Assembly: GCF_009914755.1 (NCBI RefSeq)
Contig: NC_060934.1
Length of the DNA: 64,000 bases
Origin: the human T2T-CHM13v2.0 reference genome, Homo sapiens
Reading direction: 5' to 3' (one strand)
The notes beneath the pieces were generated by a model, which did not search any database, had not been told where the DNA came from, and saw only the letters and a program-made list of their open reading frames with translations. This document shows, one piece after another, positions 1 through 16,960 of the stretch (within the stretch, counting starts at the first letter, position 1; the number at the start of each line of letters is the position of its first letter). The position numbers and the translations under genes were made by a program.

Positions 1-279
1 AGTGGCACATGTCTGTAGTCCCAACTACTTGGGAGGCTGAAGTGGGAGGATTGCATGAGCCTAGGAGTTCAAGACCAGCCTAGGCAATACAGTGAGACTC
101 TGTCTCTATTAAAAAAAAAAAAATTAGCCAGGTGTGGTGGCATGCATCTGTAGTCCCAGCTACTCAGGAAGCTAAGGAGGGAGGATCATGTGAGCCCAGG
201 AGTTCAAGGCTGCAGTGAGCTGTCATCATACCACTGCACTCCAGCCTGGGTGACAGAGTGAGACACTGTCTCAAAAAAA
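1..279 (+). mobile_element. Alu (J-like), cut by the window edge
   Basis: Dimeric Alu with A-rich linker and tail. Confidence 0.9.
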
Positions 280-329
280 GGAAAGCAAATTGTACTTCAC
301 CTGCATGTTCTTCGTCCCAAAAATACAAA

Positions 330-760
330 ACCTCACTGTAACAATGACAAAAATACCAAACAGATATCAATAGAATGACATTCTACAAAATACCTGAACA
401 ATACTCCTCAAAACTGTCAGTCATCAAAAACAAGAGATGAGAAGCTCAAGTCTAAGAAAATGCCAAAACCAAGAGGACCCTAAGGAGACGTGACAGCTAA
501 ATGGGATCCCAAAACATTAGGTAAATAAAGTATGGACTTTAGTTAATGAAAATATATCAGTATTAGTTCATTAATTATAACAAATATACCATACTAATAT
601 AAGGTGTTAAAAATAGGAAAAACTAAAAAAATAAATAAATTAAATAAAAATAGGAAAAACTAGAGGCAGCATTATGGGAACTCTCTATACTATCTTGGCA
701 ATTTTTCTTTAAATCTGAAACTGTTTCAAAAATTCAAGTCTATATTTTAAAAAAGAAAGA
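330..760 (+). mobile_element. old L1 3' end (L1MC-like)
   Basis: Typical L1MC 3' UTR motifs such as GGGAACTCTCTATACTATCTT...AAATCTGAAAC. Confidence 0.7.
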
Positions 761-1619
761 AAAAAAAGCTGTAGGAACTCTATCTCTGCATTAAGCGCCA
801 CGGTCAGAGTTTGGTTTGCTAGATTCTCCTTGCTCTCCAGTCGCACACCTTGCTTTCTGAAGCTCAGGTGCCCTCGTGCAGCCCTGCTCCTCCTCCCCAG
901 CCAGCCTTCTGGAGGGCAGCTTCCTTACATTCTGTGAAGGCCTGAAATGAATTAGAGCAGTTTCACTCACCTCTTCTGCCCTGTCCCCAGTCCTTGGTGG
1001 CTGAAAACATGGACTGCCAGAGTGTGGGGTGAGAGTTATTTCTAGCTCTTCCCCTGCCTGCAGCATTCCAGAACTGAAAGCCTGGAGAGCCTCTGCTGGA
1101 TTTTTCTCAGCAATCCTGCCTTCTAAGGGTGGTTGCCCTATACTTGGGAGAGGTTCCAAATGCCTCAGGTATTATCTATGCCAGTTCGTCACTGGCCCAG
1201 GCTTTTGGCTTACTACTCCTGAACATTCAGTGAACATCTGTGGGTAGGAGCTGGAGTGTGGGTGCATACTTGCTCTTTGGTGCCAGAGTTGCTAGGGCTT
1301 CTTAGGATCCTAACCTGTCAAACCAGCCCATACGTGGCCATTAAAAATCTGATTTTAAAAAAATGTGGCTGGTTTCTCCTTTCCCCTCATCTATGGTGGA
1401 TTCCTATTCCTTTGGTTGTTCCATCCTAGAGCAACCATGGGTTTCTTCTCCACTATGAAAGTTTGATTACTTTCTGGAGTTTGGTTCATTTAGGCTCCCT
1501 TGTATCCTCAGCTCTTCGATGGGTTTTTAGAAACCGTACTTCTTATCCTGCTTTTATAGGTTTTCAGTTACAAGAATGGCAATATCTTGTAATTTTGTAC
1601 ATCTGAAGAGGAAGCTGAA

Positions 1620-1910
1620 TTCTTTCCCCAGACCTCGAATGGTTCACTCCCTCAGTACATTAAGGTCTCTGCTCAAAAGTCATCTTTTCAAAGCAGTTTC
1701 CCGTATTACACTATCTAAAGATTGACCAGATCTCAGTCACCCTTCATGCCTTCATCCTGCTCTACTCTTCTTCCATTGTCCTCATTTCCATCTGAAATGT
1801 ATTTGTCCCATTTTTTAACTGTCTCCTCCACAAGGGCAGGAATTTTATTTTTCTTATTTGTCAGTATAGCCCCAGCTATAAAACAATGATAGGGAGCAAA
1901 TATGATTCTT
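1620..1910 (+). mobile_element. L2 3' fragment
   Basis: GGTCTCTGCTCAAAAGTCATC and CTGTCTCCTCCACAAGGGCAGG resemble the L2 3' end. Confidence 0.6.
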
Positions 1911-2964
1911 TATAAATTATAAGTTTAAGCTTGTTTTAAAACTAATTAACTAAACAGAAAGTTATTGTTGCATATTATAAAAGAAAAAGTACTTTCATGG
2001 GAGATAAGAAGTTTTGAAGCTTACCAAAAAAGAACCTGTGTGATCATCCTTAGACAACATATTATTCTTTAACATATATACTTTTTCCAGCTATATCGTT
2101 CTGTGTACACTTAGTGCTTCCTGATATCCTGCTATCAACCCAGGTTCTAAGCAGGAATTACAGATATTCTTCACAATAGAATAAGACAATTAACAATTGT
2201 TCTTAATGAATGGTAAAAAGAACAATATTCATTACTTGCTAATTATTACTCATCTTTTTTTGAAAATGACCCAAATGGCATCTGGAAACAGCATAACACT
2301 AAAAATTAGATTGCAATAGAAAACAAGAACAACGTTTTGATGATTAAACATAATAGAAAGGACTGTAGAAGGAGAACAGAAATAAGTAAGAAGGAAAAAT
2401 TTAGATATTGCAGAAGTGATACAGTAAATCTAAGGATTTCAAAGATATTAATTAAATACCTCAGATTAATCAAGAGGCCTAATGCACAAACTAACTGGTC
2501 TTTTAAAAGAAACCAATTGGGCACGGTGGCTCACAAAATAAAAAAAAAAAGAAGCAAAACACTAAAAAAATTAAAATTAATTAAAAATTATTTTTTTCCA
2601 TTGCTAGAGATTTTCTGTCTAGACATCAATGGCAAAACTCCACATAAAGCAATATAGTTAAGAAAGACTACTTTGGAATCAGATCTTAATGTTAATCTCA
2701 GCTTCATCATTTGCCAACTATGTGACCTTTGGCAAGTTAACCTTCCAAAACAGCATCTAAGGTTTTAGGGACCATTGAGCCCTTCAACAAATATGTGAGT
2801 ACTCATTCAGGACACAACAATGAATAAGATTAATGAAAATAATTCACGAAAAAAACTTAGAACACATCTGGTACCCAATAAAAGCTCAATAAAATACTAT
2901 AACAATTATTATCTCAAATATTAGATAGGATTCCAAACCCCCACTTAATGCAGAAATATAGTCG

Positions 2965-3270
2965 GTTTTGTTTTGTTTTGTTTTGTTTTTGAGACAGGGT
3001 CTTGTCCTGTTGCCCAGGCTGGAGTGCAGTGCTACGATCTCGGCTCACCACAGCCTTGACCTCCTGGGCTCAAGCTATCCTCCCACCTCAGACTCGCAAG
3101 TAGCTAGGACTACAGGCACGCACCACCAAGCCCGGTTAATTTTTCATTTTTTGTAGAGATGGGGTTTCACCATGTTGCCCTGGCTGGTCTCAAACTCCTG
3201 AGCTCAAGTGATCCATCCGCCTGAGCCTCCCAAAGTGCTGGGATTATAGATGTGAGCCACTGCACCTGGC
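2965..3270 (-). mobile_element. Alu (J-like)
   Basis: Full antisense Alu with (TTTTG)n tail; TSD-like AAATATA(G/A)TC. Confidence 0.92.
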
Positions 3271-3609
3271 AAAATATAATCTTTAATATTAATAACAACA
3301 AATACATTATCATGGTTAAAAATAGCTTTTTGACTGTGGTTATTGGTGTAACTAACTTCACTTCTGCTGGGACCACATTTTGGAAGCAGGCCAACTTCCC
3401 TTTCTGTCTTAAGTAATTTCTTATCAGTCCTTTATAACCCTTGTGTCGTAATACCATTTACTGGGGGAGAGGAGAGCACCTAAAATATAATCCTTCCAAA
3501 TAACCTGGTAAATAAACACAAATGACACCAATTCTGTCATCATTACATCACAACCATAGAATATAGATGAGTTCAAGGATCAAAAATAAAAAAGTAAAAA
3601 ACATCTAGA

Positions 3610-4570
3610 GGCAAAAGATTTGAAAATCATGTATCTAAATTTGAAAATCATGTCTAGTACCCAGAATGTATAAAGAACTCTTACAACTCTACAACACAAA
3701 GACAACACAATTTAAAGTGGGCAAAGGACTTAAACAGACATTTCTCCAAAGAAGATATACAAATGGCCAACAAGCACATGAAAAAAGGCTCAATGTCATT
3801 AGTTACTGGGGAAATGCAAATCAAAACAAAAAGATACCACTTTACACCCACTAGAATGACTATAATAAAAAGTTTTTAATGGAAAACAGTGTTGGCAAAA
3901 ATGTGGAGAAATTGGGACACTTGTGTATTGCTAATAGGAATATAAAATGGTACAGTCACTGAGGAAAACAGATTGGCAGTTCCTCATTAAGTTAAAGACA
4001 GAATTACCATATATGATCCAGCAATTCCACACCGAGCTATATACCTAAAAGAATAAAAACAAATGCTCACCCCCAAAAATTGTACATCAGTGTTCATAAC
4101 AGCACTATTTACAATAGCCAGAAAAAGCAGAAACAACCCAAAAGTTCATCAACTGATGAACAGATAAACAAAATGTGATATATCCACACAATGAAAATTA
4201 TTGAGCCATAAAAAAGAAGGAAGCAGTGATCTATGCTATACCATAGATGAACCACAAAAATATTATGGTAAATGAAAACATGTGACAAAAGGCCACATAC
4301 TGAATGACTTCATTTATATGAAATATCCACAAAAGGCAAATCCATAGAAACAAAAAGCACATTCGTGGCTTCCAGGGGCTGGGGGAGGGAGGGAATGGGG
4401 AGTGACTGCTTAATGGGTATGGGGTTTCTTTTTGGTGTGATAGAAAAGTTCTAGAACTAGAAAGTAGTGATGGCTGTAAAACATTGTGAATGTACTTAAT
4501 GTCACTGAACTGTATACTTATAAATAATAAATTTTATGTATATTTTACCACAACAAAAAAGATGCTTAAC
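3610..4570 (+). mobile_element. L1 (L1MB-like) ORF2 end and 3' UTR
   Basis: CAAAGGACTTAAACAGACATTTCTCCAAAGAAGATATACAAATGGCCAACAAGCACATGAAAA through TACCACAACAAAAAA. Confidence 0.88.
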
Positions 4571-4670
4571 AAAAAAAAAATTAGAAATAAGTTCTGGGTA
4601 AAGAGAAGATGGAACATACATATATTTAACTTCATTTCTTCCCCAAATTGTGCTAAAATACTAATAAGGT

Positions 4671-4975
<305 letters not shown>

Positions 4976-5864
4976 CTCATCAGGTATTTTTAAGGCATAA
5001 ACAAAACTTAAAAGCTAGAAAGCAAATGCATAAATGGTAACTGACATAGCAGATCCAAGAAACCAGCAGTATGGAAAGCCAAAAACCAACCTTCGTCCAC
5101 GGAATCTTCAAAAGGCTCAGGAACTGGTAACAGATAGCGCCTGTAGAAACAGGTGTGAAGGGAGCACTAAATAAAGAAGGCTGGCTGAAAGCTCCTTAGG
5201 AAACGCTCAATCTCTCAGTACCTTCCTAAATACCACATGGTTAGGTTACTATGCTTTTCCCACCAAGGCAAAATTCTAGAGGATTATTCCCTCAGGAGGA
5301 TTTCAGAGCAGGGAAACATAAAGCACATTGGTGCGGGGGAGGCTTAATGAAAACAGAGGCCTTAAGAAAACACATATGTACTGAATACTGAAATCCTCAC
5401 TGCCCTACTTCCCTCACTCTCTCACAGAAGTGGCATACAGACCTCCTCCCACCAGACAGGAAATTAAAAGACCTCTCTCCCTTTTCAGAAAAGGGAAAAG
5501 TAATCAGAAGCTGACATGAAGGGTGCCCCAGCAAATGACACAGATAGATCACCCTAGAGTGAACTCTAGTCAACAAGTACCAATGAGGTACTAAGAGCTT
5601 CCAATCAGCTTTTAGAGGCATAACTGCAAACAGCCAAGGATTACCACTCATCTGAGGAAAGCATCTACCACAAAAAGAAAACAAAGGAAAACAAAAAATA
5701 GAAAAGGAACTTGGAGGAAACACGGACAACTGTGGGAAGAAAAAAACTTAAAATTTAAAAAGAATTTTATTAGCAGGAATTTCTGATGTCAATAAAAAAT
5801 AAATAAATAAAAGGAATTTTATACCCCATCATTAGCGTCCATGGAAAGAATACAGAAGATACTA

Positions 5865-6101
5865 CACTGTAATCCCAGAATTTTAGGAGGCTGAGGCAAG
5901 AGAAATGCTTGGCGCTTAAGAGTTCGAGACCAGTCTGGGCAACACAGCGAGACCTTGTCTACTAAAAATCAAAAAAGTTAGCTAGGTTTGGCGGTGCAGG
6001 CCTGTAGTACCAGCTACTGGGAGGGCTAGGGCAGGAGGATCGCTTGAGCCTGAGCAATCAAAGCTGTAGTGAGCCACGACAGAGCAAGACCCTGTGTCAA
6101 A
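5865..6101 (+). mobile_element. Alu (J-like), degraded with an internal deletion
   Basis: Left arm and shortened right arm, set within old L1 ORF1-like DNA. Confidence 0.8.
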
Positions 6102-6319
6102 AGAGTAGATACTCCATCCATGAAAAAAAATCGATACTTTTCCAAAGAGCTCTCGGAAATTAAACTTAGGAAAATTTATCAGAAAGAATAAGGAATCAAA
6201 GAGATGGCAACAGAATCAAGAAGAAAAAACTGGAGGTCCAGTCAAGATAATTCAGCATCTATGCAATGGGGAATCCACGGGAGAAAACAGAGAGGAAAAA
6301 AAACCAGTGAAATAATTCA

Positions 6320-6917
<598 letters not shown>

Positions 6918-9387
6918 AAAACACTGAGTGCAGAGCATAATTGTTTAAAATACAGTACAACCATATTAAAGCGTATCATTTACAAGTTTCAGAACAGTGG
7001 AAACAAAGGGAAGATCCTACAAGCTTCCAGAAGAGGGAAATGGCTAACAATAGATAAACTTCCAGAATGATTTTGTACTTTCAACAGGCATAACACAAGC
7101 TAGAAGACAATGGAGCAAAATCATCAATCTCAATGTTACATACAGTGAAACCACTAATGAAGGGTGAGAGGAAAATAAAGTGTTTTCAGAAAACATAAGG
7201 TATCAAATATTTGCCTCCCATGAAACAGGAAGACATAAGAGGAGAAGAAACAGAAGTGCCAATGCAGGAGAAAAGAAAAGAGAATTCCAAGGATGATTGC
7301 TGGGCACTATGAGAAAACAGAGACTACTCCATGTTGGAGCACTGTGCTCTGGAAAAGTCTTCTTCAAGATGATGAAACTGACAAAGTAAGTGAAGGAAAT
7401 GGGAAATTTGAAAGAAAATGGGAAATTTGGACAACTGATAGAATGTTTAGGTTGAGTTAGTCACAAGGACACAGCAAATCATGCAAATAATTTATGTTCT
7501 AACCTGAAAATTCAAGTAAATCAATTTTTTAAATGTTTCTTGAAAAACCGCAGGTAAATTCCAAATACCTATGAGTTGAGGATGGTTACCTATGAGAAGA
7601 GGAAATGAAGGTGGAGGCTGAGAATTACTGTTTGTTTTAAGAATCCCTGAAAGACCACTTGACTCATTAAACTGTATAACATTTGAGGGGAAAAAAAATT
7701 AAGATTAAAAAGTATGGAATATGGGAAATAAGGTACTGAGGATTTCCCAAGGACATAAAGCCCAAACAAACCTGACCCCTGGAAACTAAATCTTACAAAA
7801 TTGCCCTGTAAAAGAAAAACATAAAAATGAATTAGAGGGAAAAAGAAGGAACATTACTTGCACGACATCATAACTCCAGCCAAATGCATGACATTGACAG
7901 CAGAAATCCTTGGGTTTCTGTGCTTCTGCTCCCTGGTCTGTCAAGTGGGTGTAATAACCACAGCATTCCTCTCTTAGGACTGTTGTAAAGCTTAAGTGAG
8001 ATAATGCACATAAAACACTTATAGCAACGCTGGCTGTCAGTATTAACACAGTTGTGTTTTTTCTAATAACTGAGATCCTTTTTCATATCAAATAATTTCA
8101 CTGTCACAATGATCTTGAAACGTTTATTTGAATACTTACCTTGTCTACCCAAACATTCAAGGCCTCTAATGCTCTCACATAAGCCTCCCAACAAAAAAGT
8201 GGGAGGCGGGGGGTGGGGGATGGGGGGGGCGGGTAAGAGGGACAAAAAACATTCTGATGATCCATATCCAAGAGAAATAGGAAAAACAACTAGTAAAGAA
8301 TTAGTGAAAGTTATTTCTAAAGATTCTTGTTCTACTGAAGAACTGACTGTACCTAAAAACTACTCAGTAGTTTTTATACTTTTTAGTTGCCGTAATCAAT
8401 CTTTCACTCTCACTAGGCAAGTTAGCAATTAAGAGTGAAAACTTTCTACCAGCTATACATTAACTCAGTAATGCTAGGACAAGCATTTTTCCATTTCACA
8501 ATAGGTAGCCTCCAACTTATGCACAGATTGTGCTCTCCAAATTGAGTTATACTTTGTTATAAAACTTGTGAAACGTTTCCTCAAAGAAATAAAATTATGA
8601 AATAAAGTTGGGATCCCAGGCAATAAACAAAGGGCAATTTAATCCATAGAGTAGAACAATTTATTCCTAAGAGCCATGGAAAAGGAAAGGAATAAATGTA
8701 ACTGTGTCAGATGACTTTCAACCACTTATTTTGTGCTCCCCACAGCTAGTAAAAAAAAAATAGCATTTATGTGAGATTAGGAATTGTGTAATACTTTGTT
8801 CTCTTCATCTTTGTATTCTGGTAACACAAACAGCATATAACACAGTACCTGCCTTCTATCAGGAGCTTAAAATATTCATTTAAGGAATAATAATGAGTAT
8901 GAATATATAGCACTGTTCAAACCATACTGTTTCAATGGAGAAATACATTATCATGATTTCCAACTGAAAGAATGTCTTCCTTTATCTTAGCAGGACAACT
9001 AAAGTTTAAGCACCAAGAACAATAAAGTGTACGCAGCTATTCCACGGATGTAACAATCATTCCTCCTAGAAATCATATTTTGGTCACACATCACTCAGAC
9101 TATTTCTAAGTATGTATAAATCATGAAGTTGAGTTTTAATAATATAAAACTTGACCTCCATAATGTCCCTGACTTCTTTTCCTTTATTAATACCTTAAAT
9201 AAAAATAGCAGCCATCAACATTTTACCTGGGTTTTTTTTTTTAATTTGCAGTTTCTATACTACTTCTAGTTAGTACAGAAGGTTATCAACTGCAAACTTA
9301 ATACTATGGCCAAAAAAACAAAATCAAAAAAGTCATTAAGACTCAATATTCAGACAATAATCTTGATTAAAACCCAGTATTTCTCAA

Positions 9388-9689
9388 CTGGGTGTGGTGG
9401 CTCATACCTGTAATCCCAGCACTTTGGGAGGCCAAGGTGGGAGGACTGCTTGAGCCTAGGAGTTTGAAACCAGCCTAGGTGACATAGCAAAATTCCATCC
9501 CTACAAAAAAATTTAAAAATTAGCCAGGCATGGTGGTGCACACCTTTAGTCCCAACTACTTGGGAGGCTGGGTTGGGAGGATCACACGAGCCCAGAAGGT
9601 CAAGGCTGCAGTGAGCCATGATTGTGCCAATGTACTCCAGTCTGGGTGACAAAGTAAGGCTGCCTCAAAAATAAGCAACAACAAAAAAA
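9388..9689 (+). mobile_element. Alu (J-like)
   Basis: Full Alu; TSD-like AAAACCCA(G/A)TATT. Confidence 0.9.
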
Positions 9690-9787
9690 CCCAATATTCC
9701 TCTGGCTCGAATGCAGCTACCTGTATTTAGATATTCCCAAAGTGAAGTTGACAAAGTTATCCAACACAATAACAGAAATTATTTTAG

Positions 9788-10334
<547 letters not shown>

Positions 10335-10725
10335 TAAAATTACAGAATTTAGTAGACAATGTAGTCAATGTCCACAATGATACTGATATCTTAAAACCTG
10401 AGAAATTCACCTAACAAAAGAAGTCCCTTAATTTTACATTACTCTAAAAAAAAATTTGATCCCTTTAATATATCCCTAAGGGAATAAAGATTAAAGGAAT
10501 AAAGATTAATTTATCCTAGAGAGCCAGAGTTCACTTCAAGCTTTAAGGAATAATTCACAATCATCCAAACATAAAATTCAGATGGACACCTTAAATGAGA
10601 TATGAGTTTCATCTAGCATCAGAAATCACTCCAAAGGCATTATTTCTCTTAAGCACCCCTTCTGCTTTGAAATTCAATACTGCCAATGAAACCAATTAAT
10701 TTTATTTCTTTGTAATGACTTCATA

Positions 10726-11017
10726 GGACAGGCATGGTGGCTCACACCTGAAATCCTAACACTTTGGGAGGCCGAGGCAGGAGGATCACCTGAACCCAGG
10801 AGTTAGAGACCAGCCTGCCAACATAGTGAGACCCTGTCTCTACAAAAAATAAAAAACAAGCTGGGCATGGTGGCATGCACCTGTAGTTTCAGCTACTCAG
10901 GAGGCTGAGGCAGGAGGATCAATTGAGCCCAGGAGGTTCAGGCTGCCGTGAGCCATGATGATGTCATTGCACTCAGCCTAGTCAATGGAGCAAGATTCTG
11001 TCTCAAAAAAAAAAAAA
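10726..11017 (+). mobile_element. Alu (J-like)
   Basis: Full Alu; TSD-like TAATGACTT. Confidence 0.9.
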
Positions 11018-11190
11018 TTTTTTTTAACTATAATGACTTTATCTCACGCAAATTTACAAAGGGTGTATAAATATTTGTTAAAACAAATATAAGAGGTTGA
11101 GTTGATAATCACCAGTGAGCGACAGCAGCAGAGACACACGGTCATCAGTGAAGGAGACAGAAACATCTCTAAACCACCCAACACAATTAA

Positions 11191-11507
<317 letters not shown>

Positions 11508-11989
11508 TCACATAGATTAAGTGAGGTCACTGTATGTGAGGTCATTGTATAATATTTTTCAAAAATGTTATTTTACTTCCAAGAAATTATAAATACAATT
11601 AGTTATATCTACTCCTGTCACTTTAAACTTTATTATATCAATTTTTATTCACAAAAACATGCATTATTTCAGACATTATAATTAATGAAACAATTTTTAT
11701 TCATTTGCTTTAAGTTCATTTCAAATCCAAGATTCATATTATAAAACCACTCTCCCTCCCTGAACTACACATCTCTAGTTAAATTTAGATTCAATAATGT
11801 TTTCCATGGAAATAACAAAACTCAAGTCCTCTGTATTAGTAAACTGTGTAATAAAATAGGAAATTTACTAAGGAAGAGCAAAGCAGGAGCCCTGTATGTC
11901 ACTTTTAGATAACTATCCTCAAACTAAACTAAACACTTTCAATTCCAAGCGTATTTCAAAGTTTTAGGAGAAGCAGGTGGATGGAGTAA

Positions 11990-12145
11990 GGAGATCGTGA
12001 GAACTAACTCACTACTGCGAGGACAACACTATGCCATGAGGGATCTGCCCCATGACGCAAACACCTCTCACCAGACCCCACCTCAAACACTGGGAATTAC
12101 AATTCAACATAAGATTTGGTGGGGACATATATACAAGCTCTATTA
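11990..12145. mobile_element. MaLR LTR fragment (MST/THE1-like)
   Basis: GAGGGATCTGCCCCATGAC...CCCCACCTCAAACACTGGGAATTACAATTCAACATAAGATTTGG. Confidence 0.75.
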
Positions 12146-12227
12146 GGGTGACGGCAAAATTCTGGAACTAGATAATGGTGATGGTTGCATAACAATGCGA
12201 ATGTACTTAATGCAACTGAGACTTTCA

Positions 12228-12476
<249 letters not shown>

Positions 12477-12573
12477 CTATATAACAGAAAGTAGACATTG
12501 ACATCTCATTGAAGAAAGTCACCTTCTAAAATAAATGTTGATTATTTTGGTATCCCTTTAAAAATCTTACTGG

Positions 12574-13039
<466 letters not shown>

Positions 13040-13177
13040 TTATAAACATGTCAAAATGAAATCTTTTACTATAGTGTCAATCCTTGAGCTTTTCTATTTG
13101 TTAGGAATTCTCATAACACTCTTAGCACCAGCTTTCCAATGCTTAGTCTGCCAGGGCAGGAATCAATTTTATATAGT

Positions 13178-13373
13178 GTTGGGTGTCCAAGGGAGATAAT
13201 ACAGTCCTGGGTTCTTAGTTTCTATTTCTGGTTGGGCCAGTAAAGCCCCTTCCTCATCCCTCCTTTCCACTTATCACTACAGACAGAAACTAAAAACCAT
13301 GGCTTCAGGCTGCTAAAAGCATACAATAAAACAAAATCAAACAACAAAATAAAAGGAAGGATGGACAGGCTAG
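13178..13373 (-). mobile_element. hAT MITE, MER107-like
   Basis: GGGTGTCCAAGGGAGA...CAGAAACTAAAAACCATGGCTTCAGGCTGCTAAAAGC...TGGACAGGCT. Family name is from memory. Confidence 0.65.
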
Positions 13374-13707
13374 GAAGTGAATTTTAAAATGGGCAGAATA
13401 TTTGATTAAATTTAGCTTGCCAATATTGTGTTAAATTTTAATACAGGAGAGTAACATCTTTATTTCTAATAAACAAGATCAGCAAAAGATGAAAAACTTT
13501 TTAGATACCAAAATATACCTTGGTCTGCTGTAGCACTTGGGAATCATAAATCTCTCTTGTGGCACTCATGAATGTAGCCTTTTTTTTTTTTTTTTTTTTG
13601 ACAGTCAGTGGAGAAAGACAACATGGAAAAAAAAAAAAGCCACGCCAAATGCAATAACAAGCCCATCAATTTCTGTTACCTCAAATGCAATAGAAAATAC
13701 CACTTTT

Positions 13708-14046
<339 letters not shown>

Positions 14047-14353
14047 TTACAGGCAAGGCCAAATTCAGTCACTTGCATAATAATATGCCCAACATTCGTT
14101 CACAATGTTCCTGCCTGCTCTTAACGGGCTTTGAGTAGAGCAGGCTCTCAAAAGCCATGAATTATATGAATTATCAAATTAAACAACAGTTTCCACTTAA
14201 AATAATAACATTTATTTTGGGAATATACAAACCAGACAATGAACTAGATGTTTTATACATACTATTACTCACTTTAGCCTCATAATACTTTAGGGATAGG
14301 TTAAGTAGCTTGCCTAAGGTCACAACACTATTACATTCAAAAGCCAGGATTCA

Positions 14354-14658
14354 GGCCGGGCTTGGTGGCTCTCAACTGTAATCCCAACACTGTGAGGCCG
14401 AGGCTGGTGGATAGCTTAAGCCCAGGAGTTTGAGACCAGCCTGGGCAACATGGTGAAACTCTGTCTCTACTAAAAATAGAAAAATTAGCTAGGCATAGTG
14501 GAGCACACCTCTACTCCCAGCTACTCAGGTGGCTCAGGTGGGAGAATCACCTGAGCCTGGGAGGCGGAGGTTGCAGTGAGCAGAGATCACATCACTGCAC
14601 CCCAGCCTCAGCCACAGAGTAAGACCCTGTCTCAAAAAATAAAAAATTAAAATTAAAA
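14354..14658 (+). mobile_element. Alu (J-like) inserted in a MIR
   Basis: TSD AAAAGCCAGGATT. Confidence 0.9.
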
Positions 14659-14692
14659 AGCCAGGATTTAAACCAAGGTATGTCATACATAA

Positions 14693-15068
<376 letters not shown>

Positions 15069-15237
15069 TAATATTCTCTCTTGAATACAGCTTTTAAATG
15101 TTAAGGAATGAGAAAGAAGAACGTACTTGAAAAGAATATTACTGAAAAATGCAGTGAGATGTCTGGAAGAAACATGCAATGGCTGTGTGCCTACTATGTG
15201 CCACATGCTGTGCTGGCTATATTAAAAACTTCAACAC

Positions 15238-15628
<391 letters not shown>

Positions 15629-16007
15629 TTACATATGAAGAAACTGAAACATAGAGAAACCTTCAAGGTTACAGAAGTTGCAAGGGACAGAGTTGGAACT
15701 GGAAATCAAATTCAGCTCATTAATACCTATCACTAGTGCTTACTAGGGGGCATTTCAAATAGAATATTAGAAATCTCATCACATACAACTCAAACCAACC
15801 TATTTTTTCTTTGCTCAGGGAGTTGTTGTGAAAACTGAGAAATCCCTATAGATTTTTCTTCCAATAGCCTTATTTTAAATAATTATCCACACTTAGGTTA
15901 TATATGTTAAGTACTGCCCATAAACTCCAAAAGTTGATTGCTATGAAAACCAAACAGGCATCCAGTAGTAAATGTGAAAATATAAGCAATTCTGTCCTAT
16001 ATACATG

Positions 16008-16320
<313 letters not shown>

Positions 16321-16769
16321 CTATACACATGATTTTGAACATACTGACAGATGGAGAAAACCACTTTGGAAAAGATACTTCACATGTTCTAGAGACGATT
16401 TAAACCATTAAGCATTCTATGAAGCTTCTGAAGGTCTGTCAGATTTTAAATGACAACAGTGAAATTTTAAAACAAGAACAGGAGAAGTCAGCACCAAAGC
16501 TACTTTAACATTAATAATAAGTGAGCCAATAAATAGGTCTATGTTTGCCCAGGCAGGTTTTGCTTATTATGTCAGTTGGAAAGCCAGAAGGAAACTGGTT
16601 TTAACTCTTAATATAACCTGTATCATGACACCATCACTTTACCAGAAATGTAGCTGATGTCAGCATAAGACTGAGACAGTTTACATTTAAAACTGTTGTT
16701 TCCTTTCCAACTATTTTCATAATTCATTCATGGTATAGGATTGAGACTATTTCCTTAAACAGAAAAAAA

Positions 16770-16960
16770 TGGGTAATTAACATTGAGAACTTTCCATGTG
16801 CCAGATACTGTATGAACTGTCTTAATTTTCATAGCCACCCTGCAAGATATTATCCTCATCTTTTTAGAGGAAGAAACAAGTTTCAAGAAACGAAGTAGGT
16901 TTTGTAAGGCCACAGCTATAGTAAAGAGGTGGAGCTGACATTCAAGCTTGGATATGAATT
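16770..16960 (-). mobile_element. MIR
   Basis: CCCTGCAAGATATTATCCTCATCTTTTTAGAGGAAGAAAC core-like segment. Confidence 0.6.

Noticed and set aside
791-1247. 122-aa and 72-aa ORFs in GC-richer sequence
   Set aside because: No recognisable homology; the region looks like degraded old L1-derived DNA.
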